The notes beneath the pieces are model-generated. The model was not told the DNA's origin. It was given only the letters and a program-made list of their open reading frames with translations, and made no database searches. 64,000 nt of DNA from an uncultured Acidobacteriota bacterium (GTDB lineage Bacteria; Acidobacteriota; Thermoanaerobaculia; Gp7-AA8): contig CAWGHO010000003.1 of assembly GCA_963822445.1 (NCBI GenBank), positions 1,792,333 to 1,856,332 on the forward strand, written 5' to 3'. Shown piece by piece: positions 37,603-47,382 of this stretch. Numbering within the stretch: the stretch's first letter is position 1; every line of letters starts with the position of its first letter. The translations under genes were made by a program, and so were the position numbers.

Positions 37603-37794
37603 GAATCCTCCACCAAAGTTGGTTCGAGAACGGAGTAAGAGGGACTGCGAGCCGGGGAAGAAAACCGAACGTTGGTGGCCGCGCGCATGCAGCTGCGGAG
37701 AGAGGCCGCGAGCCGAATGAGCGTCACCCTGCACACCCGAAGTAGCGATGAAGAGAGGCGCCAATAGTACCAGTGACGGAAGGAAATCGTGCTG

Positions 37795-38928
37795 TCAGAC
37801 GTACCTCAGCCAGCCGTCGGTCCGGCGCGCTTTGAGATCCGCGAACCGGCGGCACGGGAGGTAAAGCAGCGCGACAGCCACGATCCACACGAGGTAGAGC
37901 AGCCAGAGGCTCCATCGATACCCCTCGGGCGCCGGCGGAACCATGGCCGGATGATCGGCGAAGAGCCACGGCGTGACCGTTCCGAAGCGCACCAGCGAGA
38001 CGACGATCGCGGCGATGTGAATCAGCGGAATGTGCAGCAGGTAGTAGAACAGCGGCACTCGTCCGAAGATCTCGAGGACTCGCGCGATCGGACCACGTGC
38101 GCGCTCGAGCAGCGGGATCACCGCGATGGTTGGGCCGAGGGTCATCAGGAGAAAGTCGAGCGAGGCCGGGTACTTCGCTGGATTCAGGAACGACAGCCAG
38201 GCCGGTTGCCACTCGGCGTTCCATGGACTGGGATTGCCGTAACGGTTGATCGCCCGCAAAACGATAAACAGCGCCGTGGCTCCGAGTCCGATCGCGAAAC
38301 AGAGTCGGCGGCGCCGAGCCGGTTCCATGAGCATCACCGCGCCGAAGGCATACCCCGCGGCCATGACGCCGATCCACGGAATCAGCGAGTAGAGAACGAA
38401 GCCATTGCCGACCGGTCCTCCGAAATAGAGCACTTTCCAGAGCGCGCTCCAGTCGCGATCGTGCAGACCGGGGATGAGATCGGTGACGTTGTGCGCGGCG
38501 ATGATCACCAGTCCGAACATGGCGATGGCCACGACCGGCAGACGCACCAGCAGCGCGAGCACGATCATGCTCCACCCGATCACCCAGATCACACCTGCCA
38601 GCAGATGGCTGATCTGGAAGTTGAACGTCCAGAAGAAGCGGATGACCGTGAGCTCGAGGAGGATCAGCCACGCACCGCGGATCAGCAGAAACCGCGACAG
38701 CTTCCCGACGTCGCCCAGCTTGCGCGCGAGGAAGTACGCGGATGTGCCGGCGAGAAACACGAATGCGGGCGCGCAGAAATGCGTGACCCAGCGCGTGAAG
38801 AACACTCCCGGAGTCGGGCCGCCCGCGGGAACTCCCGAATAGACGCGGACATGGTCGATAGCCATGAGCACCATGACCGCGCCGCGGACGATGTCGATGG
38901 ACGCCGCGCGTGGCGAAGCCGCTTGCAT
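37795..38928 (-). CDS. DUF1624 / heparan-alpha-glucosaminide N-acetyltransferase-like polytopic membrane protein
   Basis: IDIVRGAVMVLMAIDH N-terminal motif and ~10 TM helices. Confidence 0.6.
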   Translation of the reverse strand: MQAASPRAASIDIVRGAVMVLMAIDHVRVYSGVPAGGPTPGVFFTRWVTHFCAPAFVFLAGTSAYFLARKLGDVGKLSRFLLIRGAWLILLELTVIRFFWTFNFQISHLLAGVIWVIGWSMIVLALLVRLPVVAIAMFGLVIIAAHNVTDLIPGLHDRDWSALWKVLYFGGPVGNGFVLYSLIPWIGVMAAGYAFGAVMLMEPARRRRLCFAIGLGATALFIVLRAINRYGNPSPWNAEWQPAWLSFLNPAKYPASLDFLLMTLGPTIAVIPLLERARGPIARVLEIFGRVPLFYYLLHIPLIHIAAIVVSLVRFGTVTPWLFADHPAMVPPAPEGYRWSLWLLYLVWIVAVALLYLPCRRFADLKARRTDGWLRYV

Positions 38929-39205
38929 TCAGTTGAGCTCGGGATGCGGATGCTAGCAGTTCCCCGGCGGAATGCGCCCCGCTCATGCCGCCGTTTGACG
39001 CGGCGTGGACGAACCGATCGAGCCGCGCGCGGAGGAGGAAGTACCGCCGCCCCAACCTCCGCAATGCGAGCACGCGCCCCCCGAGCCGCGCTGGCGCCCC
39101 GCGTCGGAACCGACGTGCTGCGGATCGCTGTGTGAGGATTGCCCGTTTTAGCGGGCAGGTAGGGAAATCCCCCAGTCCGCCTCTCCTTCTCCAGAGAGGT
39201 GAGGA

Positions 39206-42169
39206 ATGTCCGAGTGCGATGATCTCGATTTCACGGAACGGATCCGCTTTGATGACGTCCTGAGTCGCGAGTACGTGGAGGTCGAGCACCGGCGTAGCCG
39301 CGCGGCCGGATTGCCGGACGCGCCGCCATCAGGAACGCGTCCCGCGCGCCTGACCGGTCTGTCACTCTCCGGTGGAGGCATCCGCAGCGCGACCTTCAAT
39401 CTGGGCGTTCTTCAGGCCCTCGCCGAGAAACTGAAGCTGGGCACGTTCGACTACCTGTCCACCGTTTCCGGCGGCGGCTACACCGGCGGCTGGTGGAGCG
39501 CCTGGCTCGCGCGCGACGAGCAGAACGGCGATCCGCCGCGGCTCTTCCCGCCGCGGGAGAACATCGTCACCGAGCGCGATAACCGCCGCGCGTCGATGGA
39601 ACAGGCCGGCTACAAAGGCGGCGTCGACCGCCAGCAGGTCCAGGACAGCGCCCTCACCGCTGCCGACGATCCCATTCACCACCTTCGCCTGTTCTCGAAT
39701 TTCATCACGCCGCGCAAGGGACTGCTCAGCGCCGACACCTGGCGGGCAATCGCCATCACCCTTCGCAACATCGTCCTGACCTGGCTGATCCTCCTGCCGA
39801 TCATCCTCGCGGCGATCATCATCGGCCAGGCCGCCTTCGTCCTCGCCCTCGGCGACTCGAAAGACCTCGCAAAACGCCTTCTGTTCGCGCTGGCCGCGCC
39901 CGGTCTTCTCGCGGCGGGAAACGCGGCGGCCGTAGCGATCTGGATCCTGGCCACACGACGGCTGAAAACCTGGGGCGACAAGATCGTGGTCACCCTCGGC
40001 GGCGTCGTCTTCGTGACCCTCACCGCGATCGGACTCTCCGTGCTCGACGTTTCCGACGGCGTGATCATCGGCCTGGCCGCGCTGTTCATCCTCTGGTTCA
40101 TCTACGTCTTCGTGCGGCTGTTCTGGTGGCAGTACGTCAGCAAGTCGAAATTCACCGACGCCGATTACTGGCGCAACCGCCTGGTCGTGATCCAGACCAA
40201 GACCCTCGCGTACGCGGTCTTCGCCGCGGTCATCCTCCTCTTCGCGGGCTTCGGACATGTGCTCTTCAACTTTCTGCTAGACAAGACAACGCACGCCGCG
40301 ACGCAGGCTGGCGGCTTCGGTGCGCTGGCGCTGTCGCTCCTCGGCGCCGCGTACACGGCGTACAAGGCCTCGCCCACCGGCGGCGCGGATCAGAAGTCGA
40401 AAGCGAAGCCGTCGCTCGTGCACCGCGTCGCATTTGCCGTCGCGCCATTCCTGCTGATCCTCACGCTCGGCATCGTGCTGTCGTGGGTCGGCAATGAGTT
40501 GTACGAGATCATCCACAGGTCACCGCATCGTCTCCATCTCGTCAGCCGCGGCGCGATCGTGGCCGCGTTCCTCTTTCTCATCTTCGGCCTCTACGAATTC
40601 CGCCCGCGGCAGAAAGGCCCGACGCTGATCGCATTGAGCCTGGTCTGGATCGCGATCGTCGTGGGAGCGCTGCGCTTCAAGCTCGAGCCGTCGCGCCTCC
40701 TGTCGCTCAGCGTGATCATCCTGGCCATCCTCGCGGTGGTGCTGATCGGCCGCTCGATTCTCCGGCGCCGCCGCTGGATCGCTTTTTACGCCGCGGTCCT
40801 CGGACTCGTGGCCTGGTGGTTCTCCACGCTCGACGCCAGCGCGGTCACGCTGTGGGGCCTCGGGCTTTCGCAGATCGTCGTCGCGGGCACGCTGGCCACA
40901 CTGGCGCTGCTCGTCCTCGAACTGGCCGCGGGCCGCGGCGCGAATACGCGCTGCATCGCCTTGACGATCATCGCCTGCAGCATCTTCGTGCTCGTCGGCG
41001 CGTCCGCGTCCGTTCATGGACTGATCGGCCAGCGCGCCCTGACGATCATCAGCCTGATCGCGATCATCCTCGGCTGGGTCCTGGCCCTGGGATGGCTCGC
41101 CGATCCGAACTCGCTGACCATCCACGCCTTCTACAAAGCACGTCTCGTCCGCGCGTACATGGGCGCGTCGAACCCGCAACGCGCTCAGGCGACCGAGGCG
41201 GACATCACGGATGCGGTGCCTGGCGATGATGTGTTGCTCACACAGCTCCGCAACACCGACCGCGGCGCGCCCTACCACCTCGTCAACACGATGCTGAACC
41301 TCGTCGGCGGCGGCGATCTGGCCACGCAGGCGCGTGCGTCCGAGCTGTTCCTGATGTCGAAGCATTTCTGCGGATCGATGCGCACCGGATACCGACGGAC
41401 CTCCGAATACGCGTGCGGCGCGATCTCGCTCGGCACCGCGGTGGCGGTCTCCGGCGCGGCCGCGAGCCCGACGATGGGCGCGCAGACGCCGTCAGCCGCG
41501 CTGTCCGCATTGATGACGCTGTTCAACGTCCGCACGGGGTACTGGGCTCCGACGCCGAGTCTCAGCTACTGGCGCAGCGGTTCCACGCGACTCTGGCCGG
41601 TGTACACACTGCAGGAGCTCGTGTCGCAAACGACCGATCTACTTCCCTACTGCTACCTCACCGACGGCGGCCATTACGAGAACACCGGCGCGTATTCGCT
41701 CGTGCAACGCGGCTGCAATCTCATCGTCATCGGTGAATGCGGCGCGGATCCCGACACGACGCTCGACGACCTCGGGAATCTCATCCGCAAAGTGCGCATC
41801 GATTTCGGCGCGGAGATCACCTTCGACGATCCCGACATCAAGAAGCTGCGCACGCGTCCTCCCGGCGAGCGAATCATCGTCGGCAAGATCCGCTACGGCG
41901 ACAAGCACAGCGAAGCCCTCGGCCTTCCCGACTCGGAACGCGTCGGCACGATCATCATCATGAAGCCGAACCTCTCCGGCAGCGAGCCGGTCGACGTGCA
42001 GCAGTACGGCTTCCTCAACACCGACTTCCCGCAGCAGCAGACCTTCGACCTCTTTTACGACGAGGCCCAGTTCGAGAGCTATCGGCGGCTCGGCCAGCTG
42101 TCCGGTGAGCTTGCCGCGGCGCGGATGACGATGTGGGAAGCAGAGGTGAACCGGCCGCCGGCGACGTGA
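39206..42169 (+). CDS. patatin-like phospholipase whose catalytic domain is interrupted by a ~550-aa multi-pass membrane domain
   Basis: N-terminus LSLSGGGIRSATFNLGVLQAL (GGGxR oxyanion) and FDYLSTVSGGGYTGG (nucleophile-elbow position); >12 hydrophobic helices in the middle; C-terminus LLPYCYLTDGGHYENTGAYSLV (catalytic Asp DGG motif). Confidence 0.65.
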   Translation: MSECDDLDFTERIRFDDVLSREYVEVEHRRSRAAGLPDAPPSGTRPARLTGLSLSGGGIRSATFNLGVLQALAEKLKLGTFDYLSTVSGGGYTGGWWSAWLARDEQNGDPPRLFPPRENIVTERDNRRASMEQAGYKGGVDRQQVQDSALTAADDPIHHLRLFSNFITPRKGLLSADTWRAIAITLRNIVLTWLILLPIILAAIIIGQAAFVLALGDSKDLAKRLLFALAAPGLLAAGNAAAVAIWILATRRLKTWGDKIVVTLGGVVFVTLTAIGLSVLDVSDGVIIGLAALFILWFIYVFVRLFWWQYVSKSKFTDADYWRNRLVVIQTKTLAYAVFAAVILLFAGFGHVLFNFLLDKTTHAATQAGGFGALALSLLGAAYTAYKASPTGGADQKSKAKPSLVHRVAFAVAPFLLILTLGIVLSWVGNELYEIIHRSPHRLHLVSRGAIVAAFLFLIFGLYEFRPRQKGPTLIALSLVWIAIVVGALRFKLEPSRLLSLSVIILAILAVVLIGRSILRRRRWIAFYAAVLGLVAWWFSTLDASAVTLWGLGLSQIVVAGTLATLALLVLELAAGRGANTRCIALTIIACSIFVLVGASASVHGLIGQRALTIISLIAIILGWVLALGWLADPNSLTIHAFYKARLVRAYMGASNPQRAQATEADITDAVPGDDVLLTQLRNTDRGAPYHLVNTMLNLVGGGDLATQARASELFLMSKHFCGSMRTGYRRTSEYACGAISLGTAVAVSGAAASPTMGAQTPSAALSALMTLFNVRTGYWAPTPSLSYWRSGSTRLWPVYTLQELVSQTTDLLPYCYLTDGGHYENTGAYSLVQRGCNLIVIGECGADPDTTLDDLGNLIRKVRIDFGAEITFDDPDIKKLRTRPPGERIIVGKIRYGDKHSEALGLPDSERVGTIIIMKPNLSGSEPVDVQQYGFLNTDFPQQQTFDLFYDEAQFESYRRLGQLSGELAAARMTMWEAEVNRPPAT

Positions 42170-42342
42170 TTCAATCGCGCCCCGTGACATTCGAGATCCT
42201 GCTGCGCGATGGAATGTCCGCGCTCGATCGCGGCGGCTACCGGAGCGCTGGCGTTCCCGCCGGCTGGACCGCAGGCGTCCCCGCCGGCCAAGCCGCCGGG
42301 ACGGCGGCGCAACAGCCGCCGAGCCGGCGGCGCTCCAAAGCG

Positions 42343-43122
42343 CTAGCGCTTGAGCAACCCCACCCACCGCTTCCACGCTTCCTCGTACGCCTTGCGATTC
42401 GCTTCGATCGCGTCGGGCATTTCGCCGAGGCGCATGAAGGCGTGGCCGGCGCCCTCGTAGATCACCGGCTCGAAGGTCTTGCCGGCGGCTTTCATCAGCT
42501 CTTCCGTCTTCGGAATGCTCGCGTTCACGCGGGCGTCGTTGCCGCCGTAGAAGCCGTACACCGGCGCTTCGATCCCGGCGACACCCGACGCTTCCTGCGG
42601 ACCGCCGCCGTAAAACGGATACGCCGCGGTGATGCCGTCGATATTGTTCGCCACGTCCCAGGTCCGCGACCCGCCCCAGCAGAAACCGGCGACCGACACT
42701 TTCCCGTTCGCGGCGGGGATCTTCCGCGCGTAGTCGACGACGGCGCGCAGGTCTTCGATCACCTTCGCGCGATCGAGCTTGCCGATCGCCTCGCGGGCCG
42801 CGTCTTCGGTCGGAAAGTCTTTCGTGTTCCCGCCGTTCGGCGCGGTGCCGGAAAGCAGGTCCGGCGCAACGGCGATGTATCCCTCTTCGGCAAGACGATC
42901 CGCAACGGTGCGGACCCAATCGGTGAGCCCGCGGTTCTCGTGAATGACCACGATGGCGGGCGCGCGATTCGACAACTGCGGATAGACGACATACGTGCGC
43001 ACCTTGCCGACGTCGACCCACTCATCGTGACGGGGCGTGGCTTCGAGTCGCGAGGTCGTGGGCGCGGTGGTCGTGGTCTGGCAGGCAACGAGGAACAGGA
43101 GACCGATCAGCATCTTTCGCAT
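42343..43122 (-). CDS. dienelactone hydrolase family lipoprotein
   Basis: MRKMLIGLLFLVACQ lipobox; DLH-family alpha/beta fold (GFCWGG nucleophile region, HAF); start ATG overlaps the upstream stop as TGATG. Confidence 0.75.
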   Translation of the reverse strand: MRKMLIGLLFLVACQTTTTAPTTSRLEATPRHDEWVDVGKVRTYVVYPQLSNRAPAIVVIHENRGLTDWVRTVADRLAEEGYIAVAPDLLSGTAPNGGNTKDFPTEDAAREAIGKLDRAKVIEDLRAVVDYARKIPAANGKVSVAGFCWGGSRTWDVANNIDGITAAYPFYGGGPQEASGVAGIEAPVYGFYGGNDARVNASIPKTEELMKAAGKTFEPVIYEGAGHAFMRLGEMPDAIEANRKAYEEAWKRWVGLLKR

Positions 43123-43494
43123 CAGGCACTCTCCAGCAGTTTCACCAGTTTTTTCGGGGCGATGGCGCGGTAGCTTTCGTCGATCCACGACTTCAGCAGA
43201 TCGAGCGGCACGTCGGCGACCTTGGTGAAGCTCGCCGTCACCCAGCCGCTCTTGCCGAGACCGTACCCGGTCGGCTCCGCGAACGGCAGATCGACGGCCA
43301 TGTCCCGCGAAGCAGGGCAGCTTCACCGACAGGCTGAGCTCCTTCGCGTTCTTGTCGCCGCCGAGGAAGACGAACGATTTGCCCTTCACCTTCATCGCCC
43401 GGTGGCCCCACGGATGATCCTCGGTGACCTCGGGGAAAGTCAGGGCGTAATCGCGTAACTGCAGCTCCAGTGATTCGAGAGTCTTCTTTGGCAT
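43122..43494 (-). pseudogene. MmcQ/YjbR-family gene with an internal frameshift near 43290
   Basis: N-terminal 65 aa in one frame (MPKKTLESLELQLRDYALTFPEVTEDHPWGHRAMKVKGKSFVFLGG...SVKLP) and the conserved C-terminal half (PFAEPTGYGLGKSGWVTASFTKVADVPLDLLKSWIDESYRAIAPKKLVKLLESA) in another; the six-frame ORF joins it artificially to the DLH gene via Arg-rich junk. Confidence 0.5.
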
Positions 43495-44537
43495 GGCCGG
43501 GTATTATCGCGCCGCGATGCGCAAGAAGCGTCTACATCGTTTACACCGGCGGCACGATCGGCATGGAGCGGACCCGCTCCGGCTACCGGCCCCGCTCCGG
43601 ATCGCTTCAGGCGCAGATGGCGGAGATGCCTGAGTTGAAGCACGCCTCCATGCCCTCGTACACGATTCACGAGTACGACCCGCTGCTCGACTCGTCGAAC
43701 ATGACCCCGCGCGAGTGGATCGAGATCGCGCGCGACATCGAAACGAACTACGACCGCTACGACGGCTTCATCGTGCTGCACGGCACTGACACGATGGCCT
43801 ACACCGCGTCGGCCCTCCCCTTTCTCCTCAGCGGCCTGCGCAAGCCGGTCATCATCACCGGATCGCAGATTCCGCTCTGCGAGATCCGCAACGACGCGCG
43901 CGAGAACCTCATCACCTCGCTGATGCTCGCCGCGTCGTATGACATCCCCGAGGTCTGCCTCTACTTCGGGGGAAAACTGCTGCGCGGTTGCCGGTCGACG
44001 AAAGTCAGCGCGGACGGCTTCGCCGCATTCGACTCCCCGAACTTCCCGCCGCTGGGCACCGTCGGAATCGACATCGAGATCGACTTCGATCGCGTTCGCC
44101 GGGTGAAAGGGAAACGGTTGAAGGTGAAGGAGATTACGCGGCCCATCGTGAGTGCGCTACGGCTCTTTCCCGGGATCTCTCCCGAGCTCGTCCGCAACGT
44201 TCTGCGGCCGCCGCTGCAGGGCCTCGTGCTGGAGGCGTACGGTGTCGGCAACGGTCCCGACCAGGATCGCGAGTTCATCGCCGCGATTGCCGATGCCACC
44301 GAGCGCGGCGTCGTCGTCGTCGACTGCACGCAGTGCCTCGAAGGGACCGTCGATCTCGGCGAATACGCCGCCGGTTCCGCGCTCGCCCAGGCCGGCGTGA
44401 TCAGCGGGTACGACATGACCGTCGAAGCCGCGCTGGCCAAACTGTACTGCCTCCTCGGCCGCCGCCTGAGTCCCGCCCGCGTGCGCGAGGAAATGCAGCG
44501 CGACCTCTGCGGCGAGATGACCATTCGGGTAGCATAG
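43470..44537 (+). CDS. ansA: L-asparaginase type I
   Basis: VYIVYTGGTIGM, HGTDTMAYTAS; a canonical MRKKS start exists in the +1 frame 1 nt off, so the true start is uncertain. Confidence 0.8.
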   Translation: MIRESSLAWPGIIAPRCARSVYIVYTGGTIGMERTRSGYRPRSGSLQAQMAEMPELKHASMPSYTIHEYDPLLDSSNMTPREWIEIARDIETNYDRYDGFIVLHGTDTMAYTASALPFLLSGLRKPVIITGSQIPLCEIRNDARENLITSLMLAASYDIPEVCLYFGGKLLRGCRSTKVSADGFAAFDSPNFPPLGTVGIDIEIDFDRVRRVKGKRLKVKEITRPIVSALRLFPGISPELVRNVLRPPLQGLVLEAYGVGNGPDQDREFIAAIADATERGVVVVDCTQCLEGTVDLGEYAAGSALAQAGVISGYDMTVEAALAKLYCLLGRRLSPARVREEMQRDLCGEMTIRVA

Positions 44538-44559
44538 ACACCCGAAAGGAAATCCCTCC

Positions 44560-45474
44560 ATGGCACGTTTATTCTTCGCTCGCGGGGCGCGCGGCGCGAT
44601 CATTCAGCGCATTCAGGAGAAGCTCACCGCGTCGGGTTGCGACACGAAAGGCCACGACGGGATCTACGGCGGCGATACCGTCGCGGCTGTGAAGGCGTTT
44701 CAGAAGCTGTATGACCTGCCGGAAACCGGATCCGTCGACGAGGACACCTGGAAGACGCTGATGGAAGAGCCGGTGCCGCCGGTCCTCGATCGCTGTCTCG
44801 GTCTCACCTCGACCTTCGAAGGCCACGGCTTCACGCTCGCCCAGGGCAACTTCGACGGCGCGGGGATCACCTGGGGAATCATCGGCTTCACCCTCAAGCA
44901 CGGCGAGCTCACCAAGATATTGAAATCGGCGTTTGCAGAGGATGAAGCGCTGGTGCGCGAGTGCTTCGGCGACAAGACCGACGAGATCCTGCACATGCTC
45001 GACGAGCCATGGGAGAAGCAGAAATCGTGGGCCGACGCAATCAGCCTCGGCTCATCGAAAGCGACGCTCGCCGAGCCTTACAAAAGCGGCTTCGCGAAGT
45101 TCGGTGAGACGGCGCTCGCGCAGCGCCTGCAGCTCGAGCGGGTGCGCGACGCTTACTACACGCCGGCCCTGCAGACCGCGCAGAAGTTCGGGATCAAGAC
45201 CGAAGTCGGAACCGCGCTCTGCTTCGACATCCACGTGCAGAACGGCGGCGTGAAAGCGGCTGCCGAAACCGCGGTCAAATCCAAGCTCCAGCCGGGCATG
45301 GCCGAGGCCGAGATCCGGCTGCTGATCGCGAATGCCGTCGCCGACAACGCGTTGCCGGAATGGCGCGAAGACGTTCGCAACCGCAAGGTGACCATTGCCA
45401 AAGGCAGCGGCAGCGTGCATGGCCTGAAGGCCGAGCTGAAAAACTGGGGACTGGACGAATTCAGCGTGAGCTAG
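44560..45474 (+). CDS. peptidoglycan-binding domain + glycoside hydrolase family 46 (chitosanase)-like domain protein
   Basis: PG_binding_1-like GHDGIYGGDTVAAVKAFQKLYDLPETGSVDEDTWKTL; TSTFEGHGFTLAQGNFDGAGITWGIIGFT resembles the GH46 catalytic region; no signal peptide. Confidence 0.5.
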   Translation: MARLFFARGARGAIIQRIQEKLTASGCDTKGHDGIYGGDTVAAVKAFQKLYDLPETGSVDEDTWKTLMEEPVPPVLDRCLGLTSTFEGHGFTLAQGNFDGAGITWGIIGFTLKHGELTKILKSAFAEDEALVRECFGDKTDEILHMLDEPWEKQKSWADAISLGSSKATLAEPYKSGFAKFGETALAQRLQLERVRDAYYTPALQTAQKFGIKTEVGTALCFDIHVQNGGVKAAAETAVKSKLQPGMAEAEIRLLIANAVADNALPEWREDVRNRKVTIAKGSGSVHGLKAELKNWGLDEFSVS

Positions 45475-45963
45475 ATGAGCGGCCGGGCGCTGTTGACGCT
45501 GTGGGTGATCGCCGTCGCCATGACGGTCGCGATCGTTCTCGCGGTTTACGGCGCGGGCGAGGAAGGCATCGGCGCCGCCGTTCGCGCGACAGCACGCCTT
45601 TCGACGTTTGCGATCGCCTGCGCATTCGCCGGAATCCGCACTCGTGCGGCACTCATCGCCCTGCCGATCTCGCACGCCGCGCACTACGCTTTGATCGCGA
45701 AGCGCGCCGCGATCACCAGTGCGGAACACGTGGGAATGAACGCCGAGACGCTAATCGTCGGCACGCTGATTTACTCGCTCATGGTCTTCGCCGCCTTTCG
45801 CGCGCCGCGCTGGGCGATCTACGTCCTGTGGATGATCTTCCTCTACGCGATCCTCGTCCGGGTGCACACTTCCTGGATCTACCCGCCAATCGTGCTGCTG
45901 TTGCTCGCCGCGGCGGCGGTCCGCTTCACTCCACGCCGGGTAGAGACCCGTTCGACAACGTAG
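45475..45963 (+). CDS. hypothetical polytopic membrane protein
   Basis: 4-5 hydrophobic helices; ATG immediately follows the upstream stop. Confidence 0.45.
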   Translation: MSGRALLTLWVIAVAMTVAIVLAVYGAGEEGIGAAVRATARLSTFAIACAFAGIRTRAALIALPISHAAHYALIAKRAAITSAEHVGMNAETLIVGTLIYSLMVFAAFRAPRWAIYVLWMIFLYAILVRVHTSWIYPPIVLLLLAAAAVRFTPRRVETRSTT

Positions 45964-45975
45964 AATCGCCTCCGA

Positions 45976-47328
45976 GTGGCGAAAAAAGCGGTCGTCTTTT
46001 CCTGTACTGAATGCGGCGCCCAGGCGTCCAAGTGGCTCGGCCGCTGTCCCGACTGCAACGCCTGGAACTCGTACGCGCAGGACGAGGCGCCCGCCACCAG
46101 TCATGCGCACCCTGCCGCGATGAGTGGTGCCGCCGCGCCGATGTCGATCGGCGCGATCGACGCCGACCGCGCGCCGCGGATCTCCACGCACATCCCCAGT
46201 CTCGATCGCGTGCTCGGCGGCGGTCTGGTCATCGGCGCGGTCACGCTGGTTGGCGGCGAGCCGGGCATCGGCAAGTCGACACTCTTGCTGCAGGTCGCGA
46301 ATGAGCTGGCCGAGGATGGACCCGTGCTTTACGTGTCCGGCGAGGAGTCGCCGCGGCAGATCGCATTGCGGGCCCGGCGCCTCGGCACAGCCAACGACAA
46401 CATCCGCCTCTTCACCGAAACCTCGGTCGAGCGGATTCTGGCCGAGGTCGAGAAGATGAAGCCGGTCGCGGTCATCGTCGACTCCATCCAGACCGTGCAC
46501 ACCTCCGCGAACGCGTCGACGCCCGGCTCAGTCGGGCAGGTTCGCGATTCCGCGGGAACCCTGATGTCCGCCGCGAAGAGCCTGTCCGTGCCGATCTTCC
46601 TCATCGGCCACATCACCAAGGAAGGGACGATCGCCGGCCCGAAGACTCTCGAGCACATCGTCGACACCGTCCTCTACTTCGAGGGCGAGAAGTTTCAGAA
46701 CTACCGGGTCGTCCGGGCCTACAAGAACCGCTTCGGCCCGGTGAACGAGGTCGCGATCTTCGAGATGCACGACAACGGTCTCGAGGAAGTGCCGAACCCC
46801 TCGGCCGCGCTCATCTCCCAGCGCAGCCAGTCGCCCGGCTCGGCGATTCTCGCGGCCGTCGAGGGCACCCGGCCGCTGCTGATCGAAGTGCAGGCGCTGG
46901 TCTCACCGACGCACTTTCCGTCACCGCGGCGGATGGCCATGGGGATCGACGCGAACCGCGTCTCGCTCCTGCTGGCCGTGCTGGAGCGCAAAGGCGGCGC
47001 GACCTTCGTCCAGCACGACATCTACGTGAATGTCGCCGGCGGCCTGGAGATCGACGAGCCGGCCCTCGACCTCGGCGTGATCGCGGCCATCCTCTCCTCC
47101 CAGCGCAACGTGCCGATCGCCCACGATCTGGCCCTTTTCGGCGAGGTCGGCCTGCTCGGCGAGATCCGCAGCGTGTCCCAGCCCGACCTCCGGGCTCGCG
47201 AGGCCGTGGCCCTCGGATTCCGGAAGCTGGTCGTACCGCAGTCCAACGCCGCGGAGATCCGCGCGGACATCCAGGTCCTCCCGGTGAGGCGGGTCGAGGA
47301 CGTCGCCGAGGCCCTTTTCCGGGCTTAA
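45976..47328 (+). CDS. radA: DNA repair protein RadA/Sms
   Basis: Zn-ribbon CTECGAQASKWLGRCPDCNAWNS, Walker A GEPGIGKST, KNRFG motif, Lon-like C-terminal domain. Confidence 0.9.
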   Translation: MAKKAVVFSCTECGAQASKWLGRCPDCNAWNSYAQDEAPATSHAHPAAMSGAAAPMSIGAIDADRAPRISTHIPSLDRVLGGGLVIGAVTLVGGEPGIGKSTLLLQVANELAEDGPVLYVSGEESPRQIALRARRLGTANDNIRLFTETSVERILAEVEKMKPVAVIVDSIQTVHTSANASTPGSVGQVRDSAGTLMSAAKSLSVPIFLIGHITKEGTIAGPKTLEHIVDTVLYFEGEKFQNYRVVRAYKNRFGPVNEVAIFEMHDNGLEEVPNPSAALISQRSQSPGSAILAAVEGTRPLLIEVQALVSPTHFPSPRRMAMGIDANRVSLLLAVLERKGGATFVQHDIYVNVAGGLEIDEPALDLGVIAAILSSQRNVPIAHDLALFGEVGLLGEIRSVSQPDLRAREAVALGFRKLVVPQSNAAEIRADIQVLPVRRVEDVAEALFRA

Positions 47329-47382
47329 TTCTTTACAAGCTCGGCTGTCACCCTTAAACTCGACCGGTTCATTCCGGTAACC

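Noticed and set aside
42343-43494. Single 383-aa ORF spanning YjbR-like and DLH-like sequences
   Set aside because: It is two genes: a frameshifted yjbR and a lipoprotein DLH gene with its own start, joined in the six-frame track only because a stop codon is absent.
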